The position numbers and the translations under genes are program-made. A DNA stretch of 64,000 bases. It comes from a virus. The DNA is taken from positions 1 to 64,000 of the IMG/VR virus record IMGVR_UViG_3300037502_002145, one strand, 5' to 3'. Positions 49,366 through 58,302 of the stretch are shown here, piece after piece. Below the pieces are notes generated by a model. It was not told the DNA's origin and searched no databases. It was given only the letters and a program-made list of their open reading frames with translations. Every line of letters begins with the position of its first letter. Position 1 is the stretch's first letter.

Positions 49366-52281
49366 TTATATAGTTACCTCCTTCAATGTATAATTGTAAC
49401 CTAGATAGCTTAAATCTACTGTATCTCCAGTATTAGATTGAAATGGAAATAATACAGATGATTTATTTGTATTCTGCTTAATATTGTTGTATATTATTTT
49501 CCCATATGTAGACCACAACAAATCCTTATTACTAGAAGGCTTTTCTTTATAAAAGTAATCTACTAAACAGTTTACGATAATAATTTGATTACTACACACA
49601 TTCTTTAACCTATCGTAAAGGTTATCTGAATCAATTTTATATTCTTCGACTACATTTGATATGTCTTCAGCTTCATTTTCGTCGTCGCTTATTGATTGTT
49701 TGTCAAACTTTTTACTAACCATAAAGCTTTTTAATTCTTCTACGACTTTATCGTAATACTTCGCATATTCAAATGATTCATTTTTATACAATCTGTACAC
49801 TTCTTCATCTGTTTTAATTTTTGTGTGTTGAGATATATCAAAGTTAATCCCCTCAATATATTCGCATAATAAGTTCATAGAACTTTCACTATGTATTACA
49901 GGAGAGTGAGCATAAAAGTTATTTATAAATTCTTTTTGTATCTTAGTCTTTCTATTGAGATTTTTTAAGTCGCTAAATGGCATTTGAAATTTTTGTCTAC
50001 ATGTTATATCGTACTCTTCATAATATTTTTTATATTGTCTATTTGTGTCTTTATAAACATATCTAAAAAAATAAGGATATTTGTCTAGTAAAATGTTGTT
50101 ATACAATTGTTTTTTTCTTAATTTTCTACATTTGGTTAATTTTTTTGGATTCTTTGGTAATTTAATATAATTAACCCAAACCTTAGGGATACCCTTTACT
50201 GCCTTGCCTATTTTAGCCTTATCTATCTGAGCTGATTGAGCTTTACAGCATTGTTGAAGTCTGGACTTTAATAACTTATATTCAGTACTTTCAATACCAT
50301 ATTTTTTAATGATGTTTGGCAATAGAGCATATCCGTTACTTGATTTATTTGTTATAGACCCTATAATTGAACCAAATGAAAAAGTGTCTGATTCATATAA
50401 ATCTGCATCTGTAAATTTAATTTTCTTTGGTTTTGGAGCATCATATACGACTGGCAACTCATCTTTATAAACGTTATTCAATATACTTTTGTGAGATACT
50501 GTTGCTAAAATATCCATATCAAAATCACAGCCCGCGAAATTAACACATTCGTGACCAAAATAATTTAAAATAATTCCCAGTTCACAGTATTTATACCACT
50601 TGTTCACCTCATCGTCGTCTCTCAGGTTTAATATCACATGTTCAGACATATAGGTGAGAGGTGATCTCATTGCGTCTACTTGTTTTATATTTCTTTTGTT
50701 CCAATAATTAGAATAATATTCACCTTTTTTGAGTAAACCAGTTACTTCTAAGCCACAAACGTGTTGCATAAAGCCAAATGGATCAGATACAATAACTTGA
50801 AAATTTCCATCTACATAAATATCACCCTTACATGCGTTTTCAATTTTATGTCTAATCAAATCACGTATTTTTGAGCGTACATATTTATCACTTTTGATAT
50901 CATGATTAACAATTAAACTTTTAACTAAATAATTATCACTACTTGATAAAAAGTTGTTGATTTTATCGTTATCGTTGTTTACACCTAATAAAAATAGTAG
51001 CATGTAATAAACATTATCATAAGACACACCATTTATCCAGTCGACAAATTGACTTGCTAAATTCTCTACATCTTCTTTTGATAAATTTAATGTTTGTATA
51101 AACTGATAATTTAATTTCATCATATGCTTAGCTGCTTTTGGTGTATGAAGAGCGACCCCCCAATACAACTTATTCTTATGGCAATTATTAATGTATTCTT
51201 CCAGTGAATTGTAGCTATCCCATAATTTAAATTGTGATTCTGTAATTATAACTTCATAATCTCTTAAATCAGCTTTTATATAGTTACCATCATCACCTTT
51301 GTATATAGTGTCTACAATATAACTGCCATTATTAACTTCTTCGCAAAAATCATGAATAGGAAAAACACACAACATTCCTTTCATAAAACTTTGTCGTATA
51401 CAAAACTGAGAAGGGACATAGTCCAAACCTAAATCTTTAGCCCATATAGAAGCCTGTTTTGGAGATATTAAACCCATCCCATCAGTTCTATTCATTTTCA
51501 TATCTTTAATCTCTTTTTGTATTATGGTGTCATCAACATTCCAACCATTTTCAATTACGTAATTTGCTGTAAAGGTGTCAGTATTCTCAAAATCTTTAAC
51601 AACAATAAACTTAGGTTCACTAACAATCTTTGTCGCAGATCCGTACAAGCCAAAGTATGCATTAAATTTGCTTGGTGAAAATGATTTTTCTTTATTTCTG
51701 CCATTATCAAGTCTTTCTTTTACTAAATCAATTATTTCCGTATTGCAGAATATAACAGTAGATACTCTAGCTTGACTAGCAGAACAACTTAATCGTTTAT
51801 ATTCCTTGCCATTAATTATGAATCCGTTTTTATAGAGGTGGTCATATTGTTTTAGATTATCCATCACTACAACAACATAATCTTCAATAAACATTGTACG
51901 ATTAATTTTATCTTGAATTCTTTGAGCTTCATTGTTATAAACAGTTACGTCAAGGTACTTATTTTTCAATCTTTCAATTATCTTAGAATTGTTATTTACT
52001 TTTTTTATTTTGTTATTTATGATTTCTGTATATTTATTGTTTCTTTGTTGATATGTATTAGAATATTTATAATGATCACGAATTTTTATCAATAACTCTA
52101 TTTTTTTTCTGTCTACGCACTTATTTCTTATATCTCTTATAGTGCGTAGTATCTGATTATCAGAAAGTCCTATTATTTCTTTAAGATCTTTTGATTCATT
52201 AAATGTATTATTAATATTGTAGTCAAATTCTTTTAATCTACCTGAATGAAATTTACGCACATATAATGGTCTATTTGTCAT
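49366..52281 (-). CDS. Single-subunit YonO-like (RdRP-fold) DNA-dependent RNA polymerase
   Basis: 'S.SQ.R', 'RTDGMGLISP', 'FCIR..FMKG', 'RSP', catalytic 'GCDFDMD', 'IG.ITN', 'QIDKAK'; GGAGGT RBS before MTNRP. Confidence 0.85.
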   Translation of the reverse strand: MTNRPLYVRKFHSGRLKEFDYNINNTFNESKDLKEIIGLSDNQILRTIRDIRNKCVDRKKIELLIKIRDHYKYSNTYQQRNNKYTEIINNKIKKVNNNSKIIERLKNKYLDVTVYNNEAQRIQDKINRTMFIEDYVVVVMDNLKQYDHLYKNGFIINGKEYKRLSCSASQARVSTVIFCNTEIIDLVKERLDNGRNKEKSFSPSKFNAYFGLYGSATKIVSEPKFIVVKDFENTDTFTANYVIENGWNVDDTIIQKEIKDMKMNRTDGMGLISPKQASIWAKDLGLDYVPSQFCIRQSFMKGMLCVFPIHDFCEEVNNGSYIVDTIYKGDDGNYIKADLRDYEVIITESQFKLWDSYNSLEEYINNCHKNKLYWGVALHTPKAAKHMMKLNYQFIQTLNLSKEDVENLASQFVDWINGVSYDNVYYMLLFLLGVNNDNDKINNFLSSSDNYLVKSLIVNHDIKSDKYVRSKIRDLIRHKIENACKGDIYVDGNFQVIVSDPFGFMQHVCGLEVTGLLKKGEYYSNYWNKRNIKQVDAMRSPLTYMSEHVILNLRDDDEVNKWYKYCELGIILNYFGHECVNFAGCDFDMDILATVSHKSILNNVYKDELPVVYDAPKPKKIKFTDADLYESDTFSFGSIIGSITNKSSNGYALLPNIIKKYGIESTEYKLLKSRLQQCCKAQSAQIDKAKIGKAVKGIPKVWVNYIKLPKNPKKLTKCRKLRKKQLYNNILLDKYPYFFRYVYKDTNRQYKKYYEEYDITCRQKFQMPFSDLKNLNRKTKIQKEFINNFYAHSPVIHSESSMNLLCEYIEGINFDISQHTKIKTDEEVYRLYKNESFEYAKYYDKVVEELKSFMVSKKFDKQSISDDENEAEDISNVVEEYKIDSDNLYDRLKNVCSNQIIIVNCLVDYFYKEKPSSNKDLLWSTYGKIIYNNIKQNTNKSSVLFPFQSNTGDTVDLSYLGYNYTLKEVTI

Positions 52282-52371
52282 TAGATTTACCTCCAATTCT
52301 CCTTAAATATTATTTGTTTATTTAATGCCATTATCAAACCTCCAATTTCTTTGTTAGATATATTTAAAGTT

Positions 52372-52638
52372 TTATATTAGTTTCGTTTTAGCTTGTTCTT
52401 CTAAAACCTTAAAAATATAATTTACTTTTCCATATGAACTTGTGATAGTAGCAATTCTTTTAATTAAATATGATTTATAATCTTCATAAATGGTCAATAA
52501 AAGAGATAAATCATAATTTTGTGTTAAAATTTTTATTTTCTTACCAACGTATCCATTCAGTGCCGTATTATTATTTAATAATTCCTCTATAATACCCTTA
52601 TGTAGTTGAATTCTTAATTCTTTATTTACGTTATCCAT
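52372..52638 (-). CDS. Hypothetical protein
   Basis: AGGAG RBS; in the helicase-RNAP operon. Confidence 0.6.
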   Translation of the reverse strand: MDNVNKELRIQLHKGIIEELLNNNTALNGYVGKKIKILTQNYDLSLLLTIYEDYKSYLIKRIATITSSYGKVNYIFKVLEEQAKTKLI

Positions 52639-52651
52639 TAACTCTCTCCTT

Positions 52652-53866
52652 TTAATGTTTTATATTAGTGCCGTTAGATACTTCATCAATCCATTGTATA
52701 AGTAGTTTTCTCATTCTACTACTTGGTATGTATAACCAAATTTCTTTATTTTCTCTTATTGCAGATCTCCATATAAACTGTAGCATTTCACTTACGGCAT
52801 AAGCATCTTCCTCAACAGTAATACCATTCTGTGTAAAGAAATTCTTAATGCAAGGATTAAAATATTTGTTAATCAAGTAAGCAACAGCAATTCTATCTCT
52901 ATATTCATTTGTTGCTCTAACATTGGAAGATACAAAGCCTTTGGCATAACCTTTACCTGCTACCAATGGTTTAAATTTTTTGAACGTAGTCCATAAGTTT
53001 TCACTTGATTTTGTTTTTGTATAATTCTTAAAATAATTACCGGTTGCATTCTTTAGTTGTTTCATTAATTGATTATTCTGATTCCTTAAATACCAAGTTT
53101 TTGAGAGGGATGATTCCATATCTCCTATACGATTAAGCTTTGCATTATCGCAAATATGTATTAATTTATTATAATCAGGTACTTTGTAATCAACAACCTC
53201 AGTAGTAAACTCATAGTTGTTTATATTGTCGCCCTTAATGTACAAATATGTATACTCAACCCCGTAGTAGTCATAGTAATACTTTTGAGTTTGAGCATTG
53301 AACATGTAGGTTAATATATAAATATTTCTAAATGCTCTAAAAGTAGTAATAGGGAACAACCACAACATAGCAACATCACTATATATGGCTAAACAATGTA
53401 AATCACATAACCTTTTTTCATCTTGAAATTTACCATCGTAATCTTTAGCATGCCAATTTAATAATCCATTCTCATCAACATGAACATATTTGTCTAGCAT
53501 AGTGTTTAAATCATCTTTAGATATCTCGTATGGTTCTATGACATCAGCCACCTCATCCATAATTAACGTATAATTATTAGCATAAGCAAGATCAATTATT
53601 TCTTCATCAAACATACTAAACAGTGAATGAGTAGATACAATATTGTATCCTTTCTCAAACAGATGTTTAATACCATTTAATTTACTTCCATATGTCTCTG
53701 GTTGTTTAAAATTTTTATTAACACAACTAGTCATTATTCTTTTTACTTCTGTCAGATATGGGGTTATGTATAAAAACTTTACATCATCATCTGAATTGTT
53801 AATAAAGTTTATACTACTGCTGGTCTTACCAGCTCCCATAACTGCATCAATTACATTTACATTCAT
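52652..53866 (-). CDS. Compact SF2 helicase-like protein
   Basis: Walker A 'MGAGKT', 'YITPY', 'STH.LF', 'IMDEV', 'ILTY', motif VI 'QFIWRSAIR'. Confidence 0.8.
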   Translation of the reverse strand: MNVNVIDAVMGAGKTSSSINFINNSDDDVKFLYITPYLTEVKRIMTSCVNKNFKQPETYGSKLNGIKHLFEKGYNIVSTHSLFSMFDEEIIDLAYANNYTLIMDEVADVIEPYEISKDDLNTMLDKYVHVDENGLLNWHAKDYDGKFQDEKRLCDLHCLAIYSDVAMLWLFPITTFRAFRNIYILTYMFNAQTQKYYYDYYGVEYTYLYIKGDNINNYEFTTEVVDYKVPDYNKLIHICDNAKLNRIGDMESSLSKTWYLRNQNNQLMKQLKNATGNYFKNYTKTKSSENLWTTFKKFKPLVAGKGYAKGFVSSNVRATNEYRDRIAVAYLINKYFNPCIKNFFTQNGITVEEDAYAVSEMLQFIWRSAIRENKEIWLYIPSSRMRKLLIQWIDEVSNGTNIKH

Positions 53867-54231
53867 TCAATTCTCCTTTCATTTTTCTAGAACCTTTTTT
53901 CTCTGATTTGGTTCTAACTCATTTTTAAAGAATGTAGTGTTTAATAGGGTTGTAGCGATTCGGATTTTATGGTTAAAAACATTAAAAGTTCTAAAATTTT
54001 TTACAAACCTAGTAAAATCAATGGTTGTAGCCTATACCCTTTAAGAGAGAAGGATATAAAAGTACTAAAATATAAAAATAATAATTATCTCTCTGAGAAA
54101 TGGCGTCTTTTTGCCATTTGGAAGAGACAGACATCGTTTGGCTTTTTCAAACGGTGGTTGCTATGTTTACACTAGTTATCCGTCTAAGATTAATTTTATC
54201 AATTTAACACCTCCTATGTTGAATAATTTTC

Positions 54232-54298
54232 AGTTTTATATTAATCTCATTAAACTATATCATACCAATGATTAGGTTGTCAACAGTTTTATATTAAT
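54232..54298 (-). promoter_or_regulatory. Sigma-A promoter of the helicase-RNAP operon, flanked by two ATTAATATAAAACT sites
   Basis: TTGACA (54283-54278)-18-(TG)TATAGT; identical 14-mers at 54232 and 54285. Confidence 0.7.
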
Positions 54299-54361
54299 TT
54301 CCTTAAATATTTTTAGTTCATTTTCTTTCTGTAGAGAAAGATATAAGCCATTGTAATTCTA

Positions 54362-54430
54362 TAGGTATATTAGTTATCCTTTTCATAGTTAAAATAGCTC
54401 TACCAAACTCACAGAAAGCCTAGGGATATT
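54362..54430 (+). repeat. 69-bp degenerate direct repeat, copy A (B 58605-58673, C 58794-58862)
   Basis: TAGGTA, AAAAT (+29), TCTAC (+37) and TAGGGATATT (+59) at identical offsets in all three copies. Confidence 0.8.
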
Positions 54431-54494
54431 CCTACATCATTATCTTAGGTGGTATTTCTATATAAATTGATAATAAGTACAAGCAGTTGATATT

Positions 54495-54599
54495 TTTCAT
54501 GTAAAATCATTAAATTACAGTCACATTTCATGTAAGTTTCTCATATAGTGTATTAACAAATCAAAATTATCAACAAATGTAGCATGATATTTCATGTAA
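54495..54599 (+). promoter_or_regulatory. parC-like repeats overlapping the parM promoter
   Basis: TTTCATGTAA at 54495, 54526 and 54590; ACA-16-CATAnnnT at 54523-54549. Confidence 0.55.
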
Positions 54600-54624
54600 T
54601 TACATTAATTTTCAAGGAGGCTAT

Positions 54625-55545
54625 ATGAGTAAGATTAAAGGATTGGATCATGGTTATCTCTATACTAAGGACAATGAGAAGCGTATATTTAGGTCAGCAT
54701 TTACTAAGTCAGGTTTAGCTATGGGAGCAACATCATTTATCACTATTAATGGAGTTGACCATTCTGTTGGTACTGGTAATAGAACAATTTCATTTGATAA
54801 AACTGATTCTGATATGAATGAGGTGGGAACATTAACAATGTTAGCTATGGACGGAGACAATGATTATTATCTTGTAGTTGGATTGCCTATAAGCCAATAT
54901 CAATCTCAAAAGGATAAGTTTAAGAAAATGATTATGGGATACAACGATAGAGAAGTAATATACCGTGGTAAGAAGATGGATATTAAGATTAACGATGTAT
55001 ATGTATTACCACAGGGAGTAGGAGCATTACTTAGTCTTGATGAGTTAAAGGGTAATATCGTTATATTTGACTTTGGTGGTTTAACTATTGATATTGCCAG
55101 TATAGAAATTGTATATGGCAATCCAGTGTTGAAGAAATATGATACATGGACTGAGGGAATACAGAAGATTTATTCTAGAGTGGTTAATGCAGTTAATGAG
55201 AAATATAATCTAACACTTGATGTATCAGAGGCAGAGAATATATTAGTTAATGGTTTAACTTTATATGGGGAGAAAGTGTCAACTGATTTTCTTGAGCCAG
55301 TATTAAGACAATATCTTGACCCTATACTAACCAATTTCAAAGTTAACTTTACCGATATTAATTCACAAGTTTATCTATGTGGTGGTAGTGCTATTATATT
55401 TGAGAGTTTGTTTAAAACACATTTTCCACATGCAAGGTTAATGTACAATAGTCAATTTGCTAATGCAATCGGATATCATAAGTGTGGCTTACAAAAGTAC
55501 GGACATTTATGTGACATTAAACCACAGCCGATATGTAGGAGGTAA
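54625..55545 (+). CDS. parM: ParM/StbA-family actin-like ATPase
   Basis: 'GLDHG...TK', 'VVGLP', 'PQG', 'FDFGGLTID', 'LCGGSA', 'ANA.GY'. Confidence 0.9.
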   Translation: MSKIKGLDHGYLYTKDNEKRIFRSAFTKSGLAMGATSFITINGVDHSVGTGNRTISFDKTDSDMNEVGTLTMLAMDGDNDYYLVVGLPISQYQSQKDKFKKMIMGYNDREVIYRGKKMDIKINDVYVLPQGVGALLSLDELKGNIVIFDFGGLTIDIASIEIVYGNPVLKKYDTWTEGIQKIYSRVVNAVNEKYNLTLDVSEAENILVNGLTLYGEKVSTDFLEPVLRQYLDPILTNFKVNFTDINSQVYLCGGSAIIFESLFKTHFPHARLMYNSQFANAIGYHKCGLQKYGHLCDIKPQPICRR

Positions 55546-55550
55546 TTGTT

Positions 55551-55844
55551 ATGGGTAAGAAGAAAATTAAGTCTGAAGATGATAGGCTAAAAATTGAAGT
55601 GACATTTAAGAAAACAGAATTTGAAAGAGATTTGTACTCACGTATAGATATGAGCAGTATAATGATTGGTAAAGCAGTGTGGATGAAAATAGCAGCATTA
55701 GAGAAATTGGAAAGAGATGAGAATCAATCATTTTATAGGCAATCAGATGAATATAAAAATAATCAATATATTCAACAAGAACATAAAGATGATATTCCAT
55801 TAGCAGAAGAAGGATTAAATAACTTGTTGAGTATGTTTAGCTAA
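55551..55844 (+). CDS. ParR-like adaptor
   Basis: Directly after parM; N-terminal beta-strand/helix 'IEVTFKK...E.DLY', low-complexity acidic tail. Confidence 0.55.
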   Translation: MGKKKIKSEDDRLKIEVTFKKTEFERDLYSRIDMSSIMIGKAVWMKIAALEKLERDENQSFYRQSDEYKNNQYIQQEHKDDIPLAEEGLNNLLSMFS

Positions 55845-55856
55845 AGGAGGTCTTCA

Positions 55857-57119
55857 ATGGCAGCAAAGAAAAGTTTTAAGAAGAATATCGTTACTAACAG
55901 TATGTATTCATTACTAAGTGGAGTTGGATTACAGGCTTTAATGCCTATGTTTGTTGAGAATGGAGGTGGTACTGAAAATCTATTGTTATATCTGTTAAAG
56001 GCATTTGGTATATTGGGTATATTCTATTATGCATGGACTTGGAGTAAATTTGATAAGCTATTTGAGAATTTAGGGCTAGGTATAGATGGTGCTTACCCTA
56101 TAATGAAAAGTAAGCGTAAGACAGATTATAGCGAGATATATAAGTTTACATTACCTAGAGGATTGAGTTTGGCTGACTTTGATAAGCATAAAGATGCGAT
56201 TGAACAATTCCTCGGCAGAAAGATAGATATTAAGTATACTTACAAGGAGATTTATATTGAGGTGTACAACGAGAATCAGAAGACGTTGTATGAATATGTA
56301 CCTACTAAAATTAAAGGTGAAGTTCCTATTATGGTGGGATATGACCGTAAGGGTGAATTACATGGTTGTGATTTATCAGATGGTGAACCACATATGGGTA
56401 TCTATGGAGAAACTGGTAGTGGAAAAAGTACCGTGCTTAGAGCTATAATAACCAATTTAATTCTTATGTCGAATGTTATACTTCATCTAGTGGATCTTAA
56501 AAATGGTGCAGAACTTAATATTTTCCGTAAGTCTAGTAAGGTTAAAAGTTTTTGTAGGAGTATTAATGAAACAGAAAAGTTACTCGAAGATTTAGTTTCT
56601 GAGGTTGATAGACGATATGATTTGTTTTATGAAAATGATGTTAAGGACATAAAAGAGTATAATAAAAAATTCAAAAATAAGAAAATGAATTATCAGGTGT
56701 TAGTTATAGATGAGTTTGCAGACTTAAAGCCAAAGTCCGATAGTATGAAGAGCTTAAAAGAACTAGGACGTAAAAGTAGAGCATCAGGAGTCCACATCAT
56801 AATTGCGACTCAAAGACCTTCATCTACAGTGTTAGATGGAGATATTAAAGCCAACGTAACCTCTATACTTGGCTTAAAAACCATGAATGGAACAAATAGC
56901 TCAGTAGCCATGGATGAAACTGGATTAGAAAAATTAAGAGGTAAAGGTCATGGTATATTTAAGCGTGGGGGAAAAGTTGAGATTCAAGCTCCATTCTTAG
57001 ATCCGGATAGAGCTAGAGATCTAATTAAGCATACGTTTATTGATAAGAAAGTTGAAAAAGAAGTCAAGAATGGTAATGTATCAGAGGATAGTATATTAGA
57101 GGCGGTGAGTAATTTATGA
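55857..57119 (+). CDS. Membrane-anchored FtsK/SpoIIIE-family ATPase
   Basis: Two N-terminal TMs; 'PH..I.GETGSGKS', 'VDLK.G.E', 'VIDEFA', 'ATQRP', 'L.GKGHG'. Confidence 0.92.
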   Translation: MAAKKSFKKNIVTNSMYSLLSGVGLQALMPMFVENGGGTENLLLYLLKAFGILGIFYYAWTWSKFDKLFENLGLGIDGAYPIMKSKRKTDYSEIYKFTLPRGLSLADFDKHKDAIEQFLGRKIDIKYTYKEIYIEVYNENQKTLYEYVPTKIKGEVPIMVGYDRKGELHGCDLSDGEPHMGIYGETGSGKSTVLRAIITNLILMSNVILHLVDLKNGAELNIFRKSSKVKSFCRSINETEKLLEDLVSEVDRRYDLFYENDVKDIKEYNKKFKNKKMNYQVLVIDEFADLKPKSDSMKSLKELGRKSRASGVHIIIATQRPSSTVLDGDIKANVTSILGLKTMNGTNSSVAMDETGLEKLRGKGHGIFKRGGKVEIQAPFLDPDRARDLIKHTFIDKKVEKEVKNGNVSEDSILEAVSNL

Positions 57120-57676
57120 CAACTAGAGATAGTGCGATTGTTAATTTTCTAAGTGATTGTAAAGTGGCTAGAACATCTACAATTGCTGAGATATTCTTTC
57201 CAAGTCCACATGCGTGTTATAAACGACTACAGGTGTTGTATAAAAATAAAAAGGTTAAGAGGACGAGAGATTTTGTATCATGTGAGTATGTATATCATTA
57301 TAAAAAGAATCTACCCCAACAATTAACACATAGTTTGCTGGTTACTGACTTTTATCGTGAGCTGCATAGGAAGTGTGAGGTGTTAAGCTTTAAGATTGAG
57401 CCTGTAATGGATAATATACGACCAGATGCAGTATTTGGCTATAAGTTTCATGGTAAGCCTTATATGGGGCTATTAGAGGTTGAAATAAGCAATAAAGGAT
57501 TTAATAGTGGTAAGTATGAAAAATTTTATTCTAGTGGCGATTATAAGAAGTTTTTACCGGTTATGCCTACTATATTTGTTGTTGGGAATAAGGAGAAGAT
57601 TAAATTACCAAAGGACAGTAAAGTTAACTATAACGTAATAGACTTGGAATTTAATGAGTTTAGACTATATGTATAA
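57116..57676 (+). CDS. Replication-relaxation (Replic_Relax) family protein
   Basis: 'T.RD..I..FL', 'RL..L', 'H.L.V.DFY', 'IRPDA', 'LEVE'; overlaps the FtsK stop. Confidence 0.75.
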   Translation: MTTRDSAIVNFLSDCKVARTSTIAEIFFPSPHACYKRLQVLYKNKKVKRTRDFVSCEYVYHYKKNLPQQLTHSLLVTDFYRELHRKCEVLSFKIEPVMDNIRPDAVFGYKFHGKPYMGLLEVEISNKGFNSGKYEKFYSSGDYKKFLPVMPTIFVVGNKEKIKLPKDSKVNYNVIDLEFNEFRLYV

Positions 57677-57683
57677 AAGACTT

Positions 57684-57722
57684 AAAGGGTGGATGTAAAA
57701 TAATCCCCCCTTTATTTTTTTT
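57684..57722 (+). terminator. Intrinsic terminator after the par/FtsK operon
   Basis: AAAGGGTGGAT...ATCCCCCCTTT plus T-run. Confidence 0.7.
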
Positions 57723-57768
57723 GTTTATTTGTTTTAATATTGGACATACTGTGGGTGAGGTGAAGTCT

Positions 57769-58302
57769 ATGGAAGAGTTAATAATTTTAGTATTGATATT
57801 ATATTGTATGTATGCATTTGGTAATCAGTTTACTAAGATAGAATATCAAAAATTTAAGAATAATAAGCCAGTAGGAGATATTGGTGAGAAAATAGTTAAG
57901 AGTAGACTAGATAGATTATCTGATGAATTTGTTGTTTCTCATGATGTTTATTTTGGTAATGCCCAGATAGATCATCTAGTTGTTAGCCATGAGAAGAATA
58001 TTATATTTGTGATTGAGACTAAGATGTGGGGAGGTATTATTACTGGGGAATGTAATGATGCTAAGTGGGAACAGAATAAGGGTGGTCAGATTAAGTATTT
58101 AGATAATCCTATGATGCAGAATAAATATCATTGTAGGGTGGTAAGAAAGTATTATCCGGACTATAAAGTTTACAATGTTGTTGTCTTTGTGAGAAATACA
58201 AACGTACCAAATTACCCTAGCGTTATGAATGAGAATAATTTAGTTGATTATATTTATAGGGTATCTAAAAAGGTATCTAATAGGGTTATAATTGGGGTAT
58301 AA
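57769..58302 (+). CDS. NERD-domain nuclease-like protein with N-terminal TM
   Basis: 'G..GEK.V', 'QIDHLVV', 'FVIETK..GG', 'NP..QN..H'; GAGGTG RBS. Confidence 0.88.
   Translation: MEELIILVLILYCMYAFGNQFTKIEYQKFKNNKPVGDIGEKIVKSRLDRLSDEFVVSHDVYFGNAQIDHLVVSHEKNIIFVIETKMWGGIITGECNDAKWEQNKGGQIKYLDNPMMQNKYHCRVVRKYYPDYKVYNVVVFVRNTNVPNYPSVMNENNLVDYIYRVSKKVSNRVIIGV

Noticed and set aside
53969-54175. 68-aa plus-strand ORF upstream of the helicase
   Set aside because: No convincing RBS; overlaps repeat elements and the minus-strand leader
54231-54298. GTTTTATATTAA repeats resembling the start of clostridial type I-B CRISPR repeats
   Set aside because: Only ~15 nt identical, two copies 53 bp apart, no full-length repeat or spacer periodicity, no cas genes; better explained as operator sites
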